The notes under the pieces were generated by a model, which worked only from the letters and a program-made list of their open reading frames with translations, had not been told where the DNA came from and made no database searches. Both the position numbers and the translations under genes were made by a program. From Vibrio vulnificus CMCP6 (GTDB lineage Bacteria; Pseudomonadota; Gammaproteobacteria; Enterobacterales; Vibrionaceae): a stretch of DNA of 32,000 nt. Each line of letters begins with the position of its first letter. Position 1 is the stretch's first letter. The stretch spans positions 1,860,001 to 1,892,000 of the forward strand of contig NC_004459.3 in NCBI RefSeq assembly GCF_000039765.1, given 5' to 3'. Below, piece by piece: positions 1 to 12,000 of the stretch.

Positions 1-343
1 CGTTAAAGCGGGTGTGAAACCGTTGGATTTCACACAAGTTGGCGAACTCACTTTCCTACAACCTGATTTTGAACGTTACCCGTGTTTGGCACTAGCGATT
101 GAGGCGTGTTACTTAGGTCAGCATGCGACAACGACGCTTAATGCTGCCAATGAAGTGGCGGTGGCGGCATTTCTTGCTCGCCAAATTAAATTTACAGATA
201 TCGCCAGGGTGAATGACTCAGTTTTAAACCAAGTATGTAAACAGTCGTTAGCATCCGGCCTAGATAGCTTGGAAAGCTTATTAGAGCTCGATAGAATGGC
301 AAGAACATTAGCCGATGAAGTTGTTAGAGAGCGTGCACAATGA
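1..343 (+). CDS. dxr: 1-deoxy-D-xylulose 5-phosphate reductoisomerase, C-terminal fragment (5' end outside window)
   Basis: Open frame continues upstream to the window edge. C-terminal sequence LNAANEVAVAAFLARQIKFTDIARVN...LESLLELDRMARTLA is DXR-like, and it sits directly upstream of rseP as expected. Confidence 0.93.
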   Translation, partial: VKAGVKPLDFTQVGELTFLQPDFERYPCLALAIEACYLGQHATTTLNAANEVAVAAFLARQIKFTDIARVNDSVLNQVCKQSLASGLDSLESLLELDRMARTLADEVVRERAQ

Positions 344-1698
344 CAGATATCTTGTGGAACCTAGTCTCCTTTATCGTTGCGCTGGGCATCTTGGTGGCCG
401 TGCACGAGTTTGGCCACTTTTGGGTCGCGCGCCGTTGTGGCGTGAAAGTAGAGAAGTTTTCAATTGGCTTCGGTAAATCCATTTGGAGTAAGGTCGGCCA
501 AGACGGCACCGAGTACAGTATTTCCGTGATCCCTTTAGGGGGCTACGTCAAAATGCTGGATGGACGTGTTGATGAACTCAATGACGATGACCGTCAATAT
601 GCTTTTGATAGCAAACCGTTATGGAAGCGTACTTCCATCGTCGCCGCAGGGCCGATATTTAACTTCTTGTTTGCGATTTTTGCCTACTGGTTAGTCTTTC
701 TCATCGGTATACCAGCCGTCAAACCTGTGATTGGCCCTGTGACCCCGCATTCTATTGTCGCTGAAGCGGGAATTGAAACCGGAATGGAACTAAAAGCCAT
801 TTCAGGTATCAAAACTCCCGATTGGGAATCGGTCAACATGCAGTTGATTTCTCATATTGGTGATGCCCAGATGGCGGTTACGGTAGCGCCTTCCGAGGAA
901 ATAGGCTCCGAACGCACGGTGATGTTGGATATTTCCAATTGGAAGTTTGACCCTGAAAAAGAGTCAGCGATGTTGTCACTCGGTTTTCGTCCTTTTTCGC
1001 CTGAGATCTTCACGCGTTTAGCTAATGTTTCTCAAGGTGGTGCAGGAGAAAAAGCGGGCTTAGTGAACGGTGACCGATTGGTGGCCATCGATCAACAACC
1101 AATTGAACAGTGGGATGATGTTGTAGAGTGGATTCGTTCGAATCCTTCTAAATCATTGTCTGTTGAAGTTGAGCGTGCTGGGCAGAGGCAAGTGCTCACA
1201 TTAACACCAGACAGCCGTTCGTTGTCTGATGGTAGTGTGATCGGTTTTGCAGGTATTGCTCCAGAAGTCGCAGAATGGCCGGAAAGTTATCGCTTCGATC
1301 TCCAATTTGGTGTATTCGAATCTGTAGCCAAAGCCGTTGAGAAAACTGGGCAAGTTATCGATCTGACCATTAGCATGCTGAAGAAGCTGATAACTGGTGA
1401 TGTGGGTTTAAATAACCTAAGCGGACCGATCTCTATTGCCAAAGGTGCAGGCGCCACAGCAGACTATGGCTTAGTCTACTTTCTTGGCTTTCTTGCCCTT
1501 ATCAGTATCAACTTAGGGATAATTAACTTAGTGCCACTTCCAATGTTAGATGGTGGACATCTGTTGTTTTTTGCCATTGAGGCAGTCATCCGACGTCCAG
1601 TGCCTGAGAAAATTCAGGAAATGGGATACCGCATCGGCGGTGCAGTGATTTTTTCACTGATGGCGTTGGCATTATTTAATGATTTTACTCGTCTGTGA
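340..1698 (+). CDS. rseP: RIP metalloprotease RseP (site-2 protease)
   Basis: HEFGHF zinc motif near the N-terminus, PDZ regions, NLVPLPMLDGGHLLFF motif near the C-terminus; 4-bp overlap with dxr. Confidence 0.97.
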   Translation: MTDILWNLVSFIVALGILVAVHEFGHFWVARRCGVKVEKFSIGFGKSIWSKVGQDGTEYSISVIPLGGYVKMLDGRVDELNDDDRQYAFDSKPLWKRTSIVAAGPIFNFLFAIFAYWLVFLIGIPAVKPVIGPVTPHSIVAEAGIETGMELKAISGIKTPDWESVNMQLISHIGDAQMAVTVAPSEEIGSERTVMLDISNWKFDPEKESAMLSLGFRPFSPEIFTRLANVSQGGAGEKAGLVNGDRLVAIDQQPIEQWDDVVEWIRSNPSKSLSVEVERAGQRQVLTLTPDSRSLSDGSVIGFAGIAPEVAEWPESYRFDLQFGVFESVAKAVEKTGQVIDLTISMLKKLITGDVGLNNLSGPISIAKGAGATADYGLVYFLGFLALISINLGIINLVPLPMLDGGHLLFFAIEAVIRRPVPEKIQEMGYRIGGAVIFSLMALALFNDFTRL

Positions 1699-1743
1699 TG
1701 GTTCAGAGACAAAGAGCAGTAGCAAGGAATAATTAAAACAATT

Positions 1744-4158
1744 ATGGCGATCAAGCAGATTCTGTTCGCAACATTATTGGCAACCAGCGTGTCCGCAAAC
1801 GGAGCCCAAAACTTTGTTGTACAAGACATTAAAATTGAAGGACTACAGCGTGTAGCACTCGGTGCTGCATTGCTTAAAATGCCCGTCCGCGTGGGTGATA
1901 CGGTTGAACAAAAAGACGTATCGGCGATCATTAAGGCGTTATACGCATCAGGTAACTTTGAGGATGTCAAAGTTCTCCGTGATGGCGATGTGCTGATAGT
2001 GCAAGTGAAAGAGCGACCAACGATCGCAAGCATTTCGTTTTCTGGTAACAAAGCGATCAAAGAAGAACAGCTTCAACAGAACCTTGATGCTTCGGGTATT
2101 CGTGAGGGCGAGGCGCTTGATCGAACAACCATCAGCAATATTGAGAAAGGTCTCGAAGATTTCTATTACAGCGTGGGCAAATACAACGCAACAGTAAAAG
2201 CAGTTGTGACGCCATTACCACGTAATCGTGCAGACTTAAAATTTGTCTTCACCGAAGGCGTGTCTGCCAAAATTCAGCAAATCAACTTTATCGGCAATAC
2301 CGTTTACTCTGATGACGAGCTACTTTCTCGTTTTAACTTGAACGTGGATGTGCCTTGGTGGAATTTCCTTGCTGATGAGAAGTACCAGAAACAAGTGCTG
2401 TCTGGTGATATTGAAGCGTTGCGCTCTTTCTACCTTGACCGAGGTTACTTAAAGTTCAACGTGGAATCGACTCAAGTGGCTATTTCACCGGACAAGAAGG
2501 GTGTTTATATCACTCTCGTGCTGGATGAGGGCGAACCGTATAGCGTCAAAGAGGTTAACTTCCGTGGTGAACTGATTGGCAAAGAGGAAGAGTTTAAGGC
2601 TCTCGTGCCTTTCGAAGCGGGTGAAACGTATAACGGTTCTGCCGTCACTACGCTTGAAGAAAACATCAAACGTGTATTGGGTGAAGCAGGTTACGCTTAC
2701 CCTAAAGTGAGCACGATTCCTGAATTTGACGATGAGAACAAACAAGTTTCACTGGTTGTTCACGTTGAAGCTGGTAATCGTATCTATGTTCGTGATATCC
2801 GCTTTACTGGTAACAACTCAACACGTGATGAAGTGTTGCGTCGTGAAATGCGTCAAATGGAAGGTAGCTGGTTGAACTCAAAAGCGATTGAAACGGGTAA
2901 AACGCGTTTGAATCGTCTCGGTTTCTTTGAAACGGTGGATGTGCAAACCGTTCGTGTACCGGGCAGCGAAGACCAAGTAGACCTGGTTTACAACGTAAAA
3001 GAAGCAAACTCAGGTAGCGTGAACTTTGGTATTGGCTACGGTACTGAATCGGGCGTGAGCTTCCAGGTTGGTTTGCAGCAAGACAACTTCTTGGGTAGCG
3101 GAAACCGCGTTGGTATCAGCGCGATGATGAACGATTACCAAAAGAACGTGAGCTTAGATTATCGTGACCCATACTGGAACCTCGATGGTGTGAGCCTTGG
3201 CGGTAAGATCTTCTACAACGAGTTTGAAGCATCTGAAGCGGGCATTGTTGACTATACCAATGAAAGTTATGGTGCCAACTTGACATGGGGCTTTCCCTTC
3301 GATGAGTTGAACCGTTTTGAAATTGGTGTGGGTTATACCCACAACAAGATCGGTAACTTGTCACCTTACTTACAGGTAGAACAATTCCTACAAGCACAAG
3401 CGTCGAATATTGACTCTGATGGGGCTTTAAATACCAATGACTTTGATGTCACACTGTCGTGGACGCGTAACAACCTGAACCGTGGTTACTTCCCAACCGC
3501 AGGTAACCATCAGCGCGCATTTTACAAGATGACCGTACCTGGCTCTGACGTTCAGTACTTCAAAATGCAGTACGATGTGAGACAGTATGTTCCGTTAACG
3601 AAGAAACATGAGTTCACTTTGTTGTTCCGTGGTCGCTTGGGTTACGGTAATGGTTATGGTCAAACGGATGGCAATGACAACTTGTTCCCATTCTATGAAA
3701 ACTATTACGCAGGCGGTTTTACCACCTTACGTGGCTTCGGTTCGAACTCAGCAGGCCCGAAAGCGGTTTATCGTGACTACAGTGGTTCAAATAACGGTTC
3801 GGATACCGCGACGGATGACTCAGTGGGTGGTAATGCCATTGCACTGGCCAGTATTGAGTTGATCGTACCAACCCCATTTGCCTCTGATGAAGCACGTAGC
3901 CAAATCCGTACCAGTATTTTCTATGATATGGCGAGCGTTTGGGATACGGAATTTGACTACCGTAAGTCCGGTGCCGATTATGGCAATCAGTACTACTACG
4001 ATTACTCCGATCCAACCAATTACCGTTCATCTTACGGTGTGGCGTTGCAATGGATGTCACCGATGGGACCTTTGGTCTTCTCGTTAGCGAAACCTATTAA
4101 TATTTACGAAGGTGACGACGAAGAATTCTTCACTTTCACAATCGGCAGAACCTTCTAA
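1744..4158 (+). CDS. bamA: Outer membrane protein assembly factor BamA
   Basis: 804 aa, signal peptide, POTRA-like repeats, C-terminal Omp85 beta-barrel ending in ...FFTFTIGRTF; located after rseP and before skp. Confidence 0.97.
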   Translation: MAIKQILFATLLATSVSANGAQNFVVQDIKIEGLQRVALGAALLKMPVRVGDTVEQKDVSAIIKALYASGNFEDVKVLRDGDVLIVQVKERPTIASISFSGNKAIKEEQLQQNLDASGIREGEALDRTTISNIEKGLEDFYYSVGKYNATVKAVVTPLPRNRADLKFVFTEGVSAKIQQINFIGNTVYSDDELLSRFNLNVDVPWWNFLADEKYQKQVLSGDIEALRSFYLDRGYLKFNVESTQVAISPDKKGVYITLVLDEGEPYSVKEVNFRGELIGKEEEFKALVPFEAGETYNGSAVTTLEENIKRVLGEAGYAYPKVSTIPEFDDENKQVSLVVHVEAGNRIYVRDIRFTGNNSTRDEVLRREMRQMEGSWLNSKAIETGKTRLNRLGFFETVDVQTVRVPGSEDQVDLVYNVKEANSGSVNFGIGYGTESGVSFQVGLQQDNFLGSGNRVGISAMMNDYQKNVSLDYRDPYWNLDGVSLGGKIFYNEFEASEAGIVDYTNESYGANLTWGFPFDELNRFEIGVGYTHNKIGNLSPYLQVEQFLQAQASNIDSDGALNTNDFDVTLSWTRNNLNRGYFPTAGNHQRAFYKMTVPGSDVQYFKMQYDVRQYVPLTKKHEFTLLFRGRLGYGNGYGQTDGNDNLFPFYENYYAGGFTTLRGFGSNSAGPKAVYRDYSGSNNGSDTATDDSVGGNAIALASIELIVPTPFASDEARSQIRTSIFYDMASVWDTEFDYRKSGADYGNQYYYDYSDPTNYRSSYGVALQWMSPMGPLVFSLAKPINIYEGDDEEFFTFTIGRTF

Positions 4159-4168
4159 AACAGAGGAA

Positions 4169-4684
4169 ATGATTTTGAACAAAATGATCAAAGCGGCTGG
4201 TGTTGGCCTTCTAGTACTAAGTTCTTCTATGTTTGCAACGGCAGCTGAAGCTGCGCAGAAAGTTGCTTACATCAACACAGCGCAAGTTTTCCAAGCATTG
4301 CCACAGCGTGAAGTGGTGTTGCAGAAGATGCAGGAAGAGTTCAAAGACAAAGCCGCTGAACTGCAAGCGATTCAGGCGGAAGCTAAGACTAAGATCGAAA
4401 AGCTAAAACGCGATGGCGAGCTGTTAGGTCAAGAAGAAGTTGAAAAACTGCGAATCGAGATTGGTCAGCTAGACAGCAAGTACAAGATCAAAGCACAAGC
4501 ACTAGAGCAAGCGAGCGCGCGTCGCGAAGCGGAAGAGAAACAAAAACTGTTTAAAGTGATTCAAGACGCCGTCAAAGTGGTTGCAGAGAAAGAAGGCTAC
4601 GACATGGTCATCGACATCACTGCACTACAATATGGTAAGCCTGAGTACAATATCTCTGAGAAAGTGATTAAATCCATTAAATAA
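4169..4684 (+). CDS. skp: Periplasmic chaperone Skp/OmpH family (start may be 4169, TTG 4175, or the downstream ATG)
   Basis: Signal peptide [23 protein letters not shown] then [17 protein letters not shown], charged coiled coil; GAGG-like SD at about 4163. The supplied ORF start at 4112 overlaps bamA and lies upstream of the signal peptide. Confidence 0.92.
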
Positions 4685-4692
4685 TTATTCTT

Positions 4693-5724
4693 ATGATGAC
4701 ACTGACATTAGCTGAATTAGCAAAAATTACCGGGGGAGAGTTGCACGGAGATGAAACGGTTTGCGTTTCGCGTGTGGCTCCAATGGATAAAGCGGGTGAA
4801 GGAGACGTCACGTTTCTTTCTAATCCAAAATACGCAGTACATTTAGCCGAGTGTAAGGCGACGGTTGTGATGCTGAAGGCGGAACAACGTAAGCATTGCT
4901 CTGGTCACGTTCTCGTGGTCGACGACCCTTATGTTGCTTTTGCTAAAGTGGCGCAAGCGTTAGACACAACACCAAAACCAGCGGATGGCATTGCGCCATC
5001 CGCAGTGATCGCCTCTGATGCGATATTGGGACAGAACGTTTCGATTGGCGCAAATGCAGTGATCGAAACAGGTGTGACGCTTGGTGATAATGTTGTCATC
5101 GGTGCGGGTTGCTTTATCGGTAAAAATGCCGCAATAGGTCAAAATACCAAGTTGTGGGCTAATGTCACCATCTACCATCAAGTTCAAATTGGTGCGGATT
5201 GTTTAATCCAAGCGGGCACCGTGATTGGTTCGGATGGTTTTGGTTATGCGAATGACCGTGGTGAGTGGATCAAAATCCCACAGTTGGGTTCCGTGCGTAT
5301 CGGAAACCGTGTGGAGATTGGTGCATGTACCACCATCGACCGCGGTGCGCTTGATGATACGATCATCGAAGACAACGTGGTGTTGGATAACCAACTGCAA
5401 ATCGCACACAACGTGCACATCGGATATGGTACCGTGATGCCTGGTGGTACAGTAGTCGCTGGCAGTACTACCATTGGTAAGTATTGCGCGATTGGTGGAG
5501 CATCGGTGATCAACGGTCACATTACCATTGCTGACGGTGTCAATATCACCGGTATGGGCATGGTGATGCGCAGCATCGAAGAAAAAGGTGTCTATTCTTC
5601 AGGTATTCCGTTGCAAACCAATAAAGAGTGGCGTAAAACCGCAGCTCGCGTCCATCGCATTGAAGAAATGAATAAGCGTTTGAAGGCGATTGAGAAAATC
5701 GTCGAGCAGAAAAAGGAAGATTAA
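4693..5724 (+). CDS. lpxD: UDP-3-O-(3-hydroxymyristoyl)glucosamine N-acyltransferase
   Basis: Hexapeptide-repeat left-handed beta-helix protein, IGSDGFGYA...[26 protein letters not shown] motif; lpx operon context. Confidence 0.97.
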
Positions 5725-5738
5725 TTCCAATTTCTTGC

Positions 5739-5767
5739 AAAAGGCTCGCCAACAGCGAGTCTTTTTC
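5739..5767 (+). terminator. Possible intrinsic terminator or attenuator between lpxD and fabZ
   Basis: Hairpin AAAGGCTCGC-CAACA-GCGAGTCTTTTT followed by a T-tract. Confidence 0.5.
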
Positions 5768-5816
5768 TTCTATAATGACGCGCTATATTTCCAAGAATTA
5801 ATATAGGAATAAGACT

Positions 5817-6269
5817 TTGACTACTGAAAAGAAAACGATGAATATCTCTGAAATTCAAGAGCTACTTCCTCATCGCTACCCATTCTTGCTGATCGACCGT
5901 GTCGTAGATTTCCAAGAAGAAAAATATCTTCATGCGATTAAAAATGTGTCGGTTAACGAGCCTCAGTTTACAGGTCATTTCCCGCAACTTCCGGTCTTCC
6001 CTGGTGTTCTGATTCTTGAAGCCATGGCTCAGGCAACCGGTTTATTGGCATTTAAATCGTTTGGTGCTCCTTCTGAGAACGAACTGTATTACTTCGCCAG
6101 TGTGGATGGTGCTAAGTTCCGTAAACCAGTTGTACCCGGTGACCAACTTATCATCGAAGTCGAATTCATTAAAGAGCGTCGCGGTATTGCCGCTTTCACC
6201 GGTGTGGCAAAAGTGGATGGTGACGTTGTTTGTTCTGCTGAACTGAAATGTGCTCGTAGAGAGTTTTAA
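5817..6269 (+). CDS. fabZ: 3-hydroxyacyl-[ACP] dehydratase FabZ (apparent TTG start)
   Basis: [12 protein letters not shown]...[22 protein letters not shown] motif. Confidence 0.97.
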   Translation: MTTEKKTMNISEIQELLPHRYPFLLIDRVVDFQEEKYLHAIKNVSVNEPQFTGHFPQLPVFPGVLILEAMAQATGLLAFKSFGAPSENELYYFASVDGAKFRKPVVPGDQLIIEVEFIKERRGIAAFTGVAKVDGDVVCSAELKCARREF

Positions 6270-6270
6270 T

Positions 6271-7059
6271 ATGATTGATGCAACTGCGCAAATCCACCCA
6301 ACAGCGGTGGTAGAAGAAGGCGCTGTGATAGGTGCCAACGTTAAAATTGGTCCTTTTTGCTATGTGGATAGCAAAGTTGAAATTGGCGAAGGCACGGAAC
6401 TGCTTTCTCATGTTGTGGTGAAAGGACCAACCAAAATTGGTAAAGAAAACCGCATTTTCCAGTTTGCATCTATCGGTGAACAATGTCAGGACCTTAAATA
6501 CGCAGGCGAAGACACTCAGCTCGTGATTGGTGATCGCAATACCATCCGTGAAAGCGTCACTATGCACCGTGGTACGGTTCAAGACAAAGGTATTACTATC
6601 GTTGGTAGTGATAACCTATTTATGATCAATGCTCACGTTGCCCATGATTGTGTGATTGGTGATCGCTGTATTTTTGCCAACAATGCTACCCTCGCTGGGC
6701 ACGTCAAAGTCGGTAACCAAGCGATTGTCGGTGGTATGTCTGCGATTCACCAGTTCTGCCATATCGGTGATCACTGTATGCTGGGTGGCGGTTCTATTGT
6801 GGTTCAAGATGTGCCTCCTTACGTGATGGCACAAGGCAATCACTGCGCACCGTTTGGCATCAATGTGGAAGGTTTGAAGCGTCGCGGTTTCGAGAAGAAA
6901 GAAATTCTTGCTATTCGCCGTGCATACAAAACGCTTTACCGCAGTGGTTTAACCCTAGAAGCGGCAAAAGAAGAAATCGCGAAAGAGACGGAAGCGTTTC
7001 CTGCGGTTAAGCTGTTTTTGGAGTTTTTGGAAAAATCACAGCGTGGCATTATTCGCTAA
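6271..7059 (+). CDS. lpxA: Acyl-ACP--UDP-N-acetylglucosamine O-acyltransferase
   Basis: [21 protein letters not shown]..., hexapeptide repeats, ...[24 protein letters not shown]...; start placed at ATG 6271 rather than the ORF-track 6250. Confidence 0.97.
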   Translation: MIDATAQIHPTAVVEEGAVIGANVKIGPFCYVDSKVEIGEGTELLSHVVVKGPTKIGKENRIFQFASIGEQCQDLKYAGEDTQLVIGDRNTIRESVTMHRGTVQDKGITIVGSDNLFMINAHVAHDCVIGDRCIFANNATLAGHVKVGNQAIVGGMSAIHQFCHIGDHCMLGGGSIVVQDVPPYVMAQGNHCAPFGINVEGLKRRGFEKKEILAIRRAYKTLYRSGLTLEAAKEEIAKETEAFPAVKLFLEFLEKSQRGIIR

Positions 7060-7083
7060 TCGCTCGGATTTGACATACTGTAC

Positions 7084-7117
7084 AAAAGATCGCCGTCTCT
7101 GATGGCGGTCTTTTTGT
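7084..7117 (+). terminator. Possible intrinsic terminator between lpxA and lpxB
   Basis: AAAGATCGCC...GGCGGTCTTTTT inverted repeat with one G-U pair followed by Ts. Confidence 0.55.
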
Positions 7118-7151
7118 GTTTTTAGCGTGGAACAAAAAAGGTCTGTAAACC

Positions 7152-8294
7152 ATGAGCAACAAGCCATTGCGTATTGGAATTGTCGCTGGAGAGCTCTCTG
7201 GTGATACGCTAGGTGAAGGCTTTATTAAAGCAATCAAAGCCGTTCATCCTGATGCAGAATTTGTTGGTATCGGTGGGCCAAAGATGATCGCTCTAGGCTG
7301 CCAGTCGCTGTTTGATATGGAAGAGTTGGCGGTGATGGGGCTGGTGGAAGTCTTGGGACGCTTACCTCGCTTACTGAAAGTGAAAGCGGAACTGGTGCGT
7401 TACTTTACCGAAAATCCCCCCGATGTATTTGTCGGTATTGACGCGCCAGACTTTAACTTACGCCTTGAGTTAGATCTGAAAAACGCCGGAATTAAAACGG
7501 TGCATTATGTGAGTCCTTCGGTTTGGGCTTGGCGTCAGAAACGCATTTTCAAAATCGCGAAAGCCACCCACTTAGTATTGGCATTTCTGCCCTTCGAAAA
7601 AGCGTTTTACGACAAATTTAATGTCCCTTGTGAGTTTATTGGCCATACTCTCGCCGATGCTATTCCGTTGGAATCAGACAAAGCGCCAGCTCGTGAGTTG
7701 CTTGGGTTGGAACAAGACAAGCAATGGTTGGCAGTGCTGCCGGGCAGCCGCGGTAGTGAGTTGAAAATGCTGTCGCAACCATTCATTGAAACGTGTAAGA
7801 AACTGCAGCAGGCATTCCCAGAACTGGGGTTTGTTGTCGCGTTAGTCAACCAAAAACGGCGCGAGCAGTTTGAACAAGCGTGGAAAGAATACGCGCCAGA
7901 GTTGGATTTCAAACTGGTGGATGATACCGCGCGAAATGTCATTACAGCCTCAGATGCGGTCATGCTTGCCTCGGGTACCGTGGCACTCGAATGCATGTTA
8001 CTTAAGCGTCCAATGGTGGTGGGCTATCGTGTCAATGCAGTGACGGCTTTCCTCGCTAAGCGCCTGCTTAAAACCCAATACGTCTCGTTGCCAAACATTC
8101 TGGCCGACACCGAGTTGGTAAAAGAATATCTTCAAGATGACTGCACGCCAGACAATTTGTTTGGCGAGGTATCTCGCTTGTTAGAAGGTGACAACCACCA
8201 AATGTTGGATAAGTTCACCGAGATGCATCATTGGATCCGCAAAGATGCCGACCAACAAGCGGCTAATGCAGTGTTAAAGTTGATTGAGAAATAG
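7152..8294 (+). CDS. lpxB: Lipid-A-disaccharide synthase
   Basis: [49 protein letters not shown] motifs. Confidence 0.97.
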   Translation: MSNKPLRIGIVAGELSGDTLGEGFIKAIKAVHPDAEFVGIGGPKMIALGCQSLFDMEELAVMGLVEVLGRLPRLLKVKAELVRYFTENPPDVFVGIDAPDFNLRLELDLKNAGIKTVHYVSPSVWAWRQKRIFKIAKATHLVLAFLPFEKAFYDKFNVPCEFIGHTLADAIPLESDKAPARELLGLEQDKQWLAVLPGSRGSELKMLSQPFIETCKKLQQAFPELGFVVALVNQKRREQFEQAWKEYAPELDFKLVDDTARNVITASDAVMLASGTVALECMLLKRPMVVGYRVNAVTAFLAKRLLKTQYVSLPNILADTELVKEYLQDDCTPDNLFGEVSRLLEGDNHQMLDKFTEMHHWIRKDADQQAANAVLKLIEK

Positions 8295-8297
8295 AAG

Positions 8298-8921
8298 ATG
8301 GCAGCAAAAGAAACCAAAGAATTACCTCCTTTTGAATATCCTCAGGGCTATCACTGCATTGCGGGGGTGGATGAAGTGGGGCGAGGTCCACTGGTGGGGG
8401 ATGTCGTCACCGCAGCGGTGATTTTAGATCCGAACAATCCGATAGAAGGGTTGAACGATTCAAAAAAACTGAGCGAAAAAAAACGCTTAGCCTTGTTGCC
8501 AGAAATTCAAGAGAAAGCGCTGGCGTGGGCTGTTGGCCGCTGTTCGCCAGAAGAAATCGACCAGTTGAACATCTTGCAAGCCACCATGGTGGCGATGCAA
8601 CGCGCGGTTGAAGGACTGGCTGTTAAGCCTGATCTGGTGCTTATTGACGGCAACCGTTGCCCAGCTTTACCAATGGACAGTCAAGCGGTGGTCAAAGGTG
8701 ACTTACGCGTAGCTCAAATCAGTGCGGCTTCTATCATTGCCAAAGTCGTACGTGACCAAGAGATGGAAGAGCTCGACAAGCAGTACCCACAATTTGGCTT
8801 TGCTCAGCACAAAGGCTACCCAACCAAAGCGCATTTTGATGCAATCGAAAAGCACGGTGTGATTGAGCAACACCGCAAAAGTTTCAAGCCGGTTAAGAAA
8901 GCACTAGGCATTGAAGAGTAA
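8298..8921 (+). CDS. rnhB: Ribonuclease HII
   Basis: [22 protein letters not shown] motif, IDGN...; position between lpxB and dnaE. Confidence 0.97.
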   Translation: MAAKETKELPPFEYPQGYHCIAGVDEVGRGPLVGDVVTAAVILDPNNPIEGLNDSKKLSEKKRLALLPEIQEKALAWAVGRCSPEEIDQLNILQATMVAMQRAVEGLAVKPDLVLIDGNRCPALPMDSQAVVKGDLRVAQISAASIIAKVVRDQEMEELDKQYPQFGFAQHKGYPTKAHFDAIEKHGVIEQHRKSFKPVKKALGIEE

Positions 8922-9034
8922 CAAAGCAGCAGGCACTGCAAACTGCCTGATGTTACCCAGCGTAAAGGGTGTCACTTGTCCCTTTTCTTGGGGTAAAATC
9001 GGCACAAAACAGAAGTTAAAAACGGTATCACGTC

Positions 9035-12000
9035 ATGTCTGACCCAAAATTTGTTCACCTGCGAATACACAGTGATTTTTCAATGGTGGATGGCATCAAT
9101 AAAGTTCCGGCTCTGGTCAAACAGGTGGCGGCGCTCGGTATGCCTGCAATGGCGCTGACAGACTTTACCAACCTATGTGGCTTGGTGAAATTTTATGGCG
9201 CAGCCCATGGTAACGGCATTAAGCCTATCATTGGTGCTGATTTCAAAATGCAATCGCCCGAATTTGGCGACGAACTCACCCAGCTAACCGTCTTGGCGGC
9301 AGATAATACCGGCTACAAAAACCTGACCCTGCTGATTTCCAAAGCCTACTTGCGAGGTCATGTTCAACATCAACCTGTCATCGATAAAGAGTGGTTGATT
9401 GAGCTATCAGAAGGATTGATCATCCTTTCAGGTGCACGTAACGGTGAAATAGGTAAAGCACTGCTGAAAGGCAATCAAAAATTGGTCGAAAGCTGTGTTG
9501 ATTTTTATCAGCAACATTTTGCCGATCGCTTTTATGTGGAGTTGATCCGTACCGGTCGTTCTGACGAAGAAACCTACCTGCATTTTGCCATCGAACTGGC
9601 AGAGCAATACGATCTCCCTGTGGTGGCCACTAACGAAGTAGTCTTTATTGGACAAGAGCTGTTCGACGCTCACGAAATTCGCGTTGCGATTCATGATGGC
9701 TATACGTTAGAAGATCCACGTCGCCCTAAAAATTACAGCCCTCAGCAATATTTACGCACCGAAGAAGAGATGTGCGAGCTGTTTGCCGATATTCCTGAAG
9801 CGCTTGAAAACAGTGTTGAGATCGCCAAGCGCTGCAACGTTACTGTGCGTCTTTGGGAATATTTCCTTCCTGCGTTTCCAACCGAAGGGATGGCAGAAAC
9901 CGAGTTCTTGGTGATGAAATCCAAAGAGGGCTTGGAAGAGCGTCTCGAGTTTCTTTTCCCTGATCCTGAGATTCGCGCGCAACGTCGTCCTGAGTATGAC
10001 GAACGTTTGCAGGTCGAACTCGATGTGATTAACCAAATGGGCTTCCCGGGTTACTTCCTGATCGTAATGGAGTTTATCCAGTGGTCGAAAGACAACGGTA
10101 TTCCTGTTGGCCCTGGCCGTGGTTCTGGTGCGGGTTCGCTGGTGGCCTACGCATTGAAAATCACCGACCTTGATCCGTTGGAATATGATCTGCTGTTCGA
10201 ACGTTTCTTGAACCCAGAACGTGTATCCATGCCCGATTTCGACGTCGACTTCTGTATGGATAAACGTGACCAAGTGATTGACCACGTGGCCGAAATGTAT
10301 GGCCGAGATGCGGTATCACAGATCATCACTTTCGGGACCATGGCAGCCAAAGCTGTTATTCGCGATGTGGGCCGAGTACTTGGCCACCCGTTTGGTTTTG
10401 TTGATCGCATTTCAAAATTGGTGCCACCCGATCCAGGTATGACGCTGGAAAAAGCATTTAAGGCGGAACCTGCATTACCTGAGCTGTATGAAGCTGATGA
10501 GGAAGTGAAAGAGCTCATCGACATGTGCCGCATTTTGGAAGGCTGTACACGAAATGCCGGTAAGCACGCGGGTGGGGTGGTGATCTCTCCAACCACGATC
10601 ACCGATTTTGCGCCGATTTACGCCGATGCAGAAGGTAACTTCCCCGTTACTCAGTTTGACAAAAACGACGTTGAAACCGCCGGTTTGGTTAAGTTTGACT
10701 TCTTGGGACTGCGCACGTTAACCATTATTGACTGGGCGTTAGGTTTGATTAACCCGCGCTTAGAGCGTGAAGGCAAAGCGCCAGTTCGCATCGAGTCGAT
10801 CCCGCTCGACGATCCGGCATCGTTCCGTATATTGCAAAACTCGGAAACGACAGCGGTTTTCCAGCTTGAATCGCGCGGCATGAAAGAGCTGATCAAACGC
10901 CTTCAGCCGGACTGTTTTGAAGACATCATCGCACTGGTGGCGCTGTTCCGTCCGGGGCCGTTGCAATCGGGCATGGTAGATAACTTTATCGACCGTAAAC
11001 ATGGCCGAGAAGCCATCTCTTACCCGGATGAGAAGTGGCAACATGAGTCGTTAAAAGAGATTCTTGACCCAACCTACGGCATCATCCTGTATCAAGAACA
11101 GGTTATGCAAATCGCTCAGGTACTCTCTGGGTATACCCTTGGTGGTGCGGACATGCTGCGCCGTGCTATGGGTAAGAAAAAACCAGAAGAGATGGCCAAG
11201 CAGCGCGCTACCTTTGAAGAAGGCGCGGTGAAAAATGGCATCGATGGCGAGTTGGCGATGAAAATCTTCGACTTGGTAGAGAAATTTGCGGGCTACGGTT
11301 TCAACAAATCGCACTCTGCTGCCTACGCTTTGGTGTCATATCAAACCCTTTGGCTGAAAACGCATTATCCAGCCGAGTTCATGGCCGCGGTAATGACCGC
11401 AGATATGGACAACACTGAAAAAGTGGTTGGCTTGGTGGACGAATGTTTCCGCATGAAACTCACGGTACTACCACCGGATATTAACTCAGGTCTGTACCGT
11501 TTCAACGTGGACGAAAATGGCGCAATTGTTTACGGTATTGGCGCGATCAAAGGGGTTGGTGAAGGCCCGATTGATGCGATTCTCGAAGCGCGTACCAAAG
11601 GTGGGCACTTCAAAGACTTGTTTGACTTCTGTGCGCGCATTGACTTGAAGAAAGTCAACAAGCGTGTGATTGAGAAACTGATTTACGCAGGTGCGTTGGA
11701 CCGACTTGGCCCGCATCGTGCTGCATTAATGGCGTCATTGGATGACGCGGTGAAAGCGGCGAGCCAACACCATCAAGCGGAAGCATTTGGCCAAGCCGAT
11801 ATGTTTGGTGTATTGACCGATGCGCCGGAAGAGGTGGAACACAAATACATTCAAGTGGAACCTTGGCCAGAAAAAGTGTGGCTTGAAGGGGAACGTGAAA
11901 CGCTGGGCCTTTATTTGACAGGGCACCCAGTTAATGCGTATCTCACGGAACTCAATAAGTACACCAGTTGTCGATTAAAAGACGCCACCCCAACGCGTCG

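Noticed and set aside
3116-3397. Antisense ORFs over bamA (2485-2745, 2804-3007, 3116-3397, 3719-4060)
   Set aside because: Low-complexity, His/Ser-rich products antisense to a conserved essential gene; no independent support.
4112-4168. N-terminal extension of the skp ORF
   Set aside because: The extension overlaps the bamA 3' end and precedes a proper SD and signal peptide, so it is very unlikely to be translated.
8940-9000. Possible terminator after rnhB (GCAGGCACTGC...; AAGGG...TCCCTT)
   Set aside because: Short imperfect stems, so not strong enough to list as a feature.
9752-10285. 177-aa minus ORF antisense to dnaE (and 10147-10602, 12004-12378)
   Set aside because: Shadow ORFs of a high-GC coding sequence; no domain signature.
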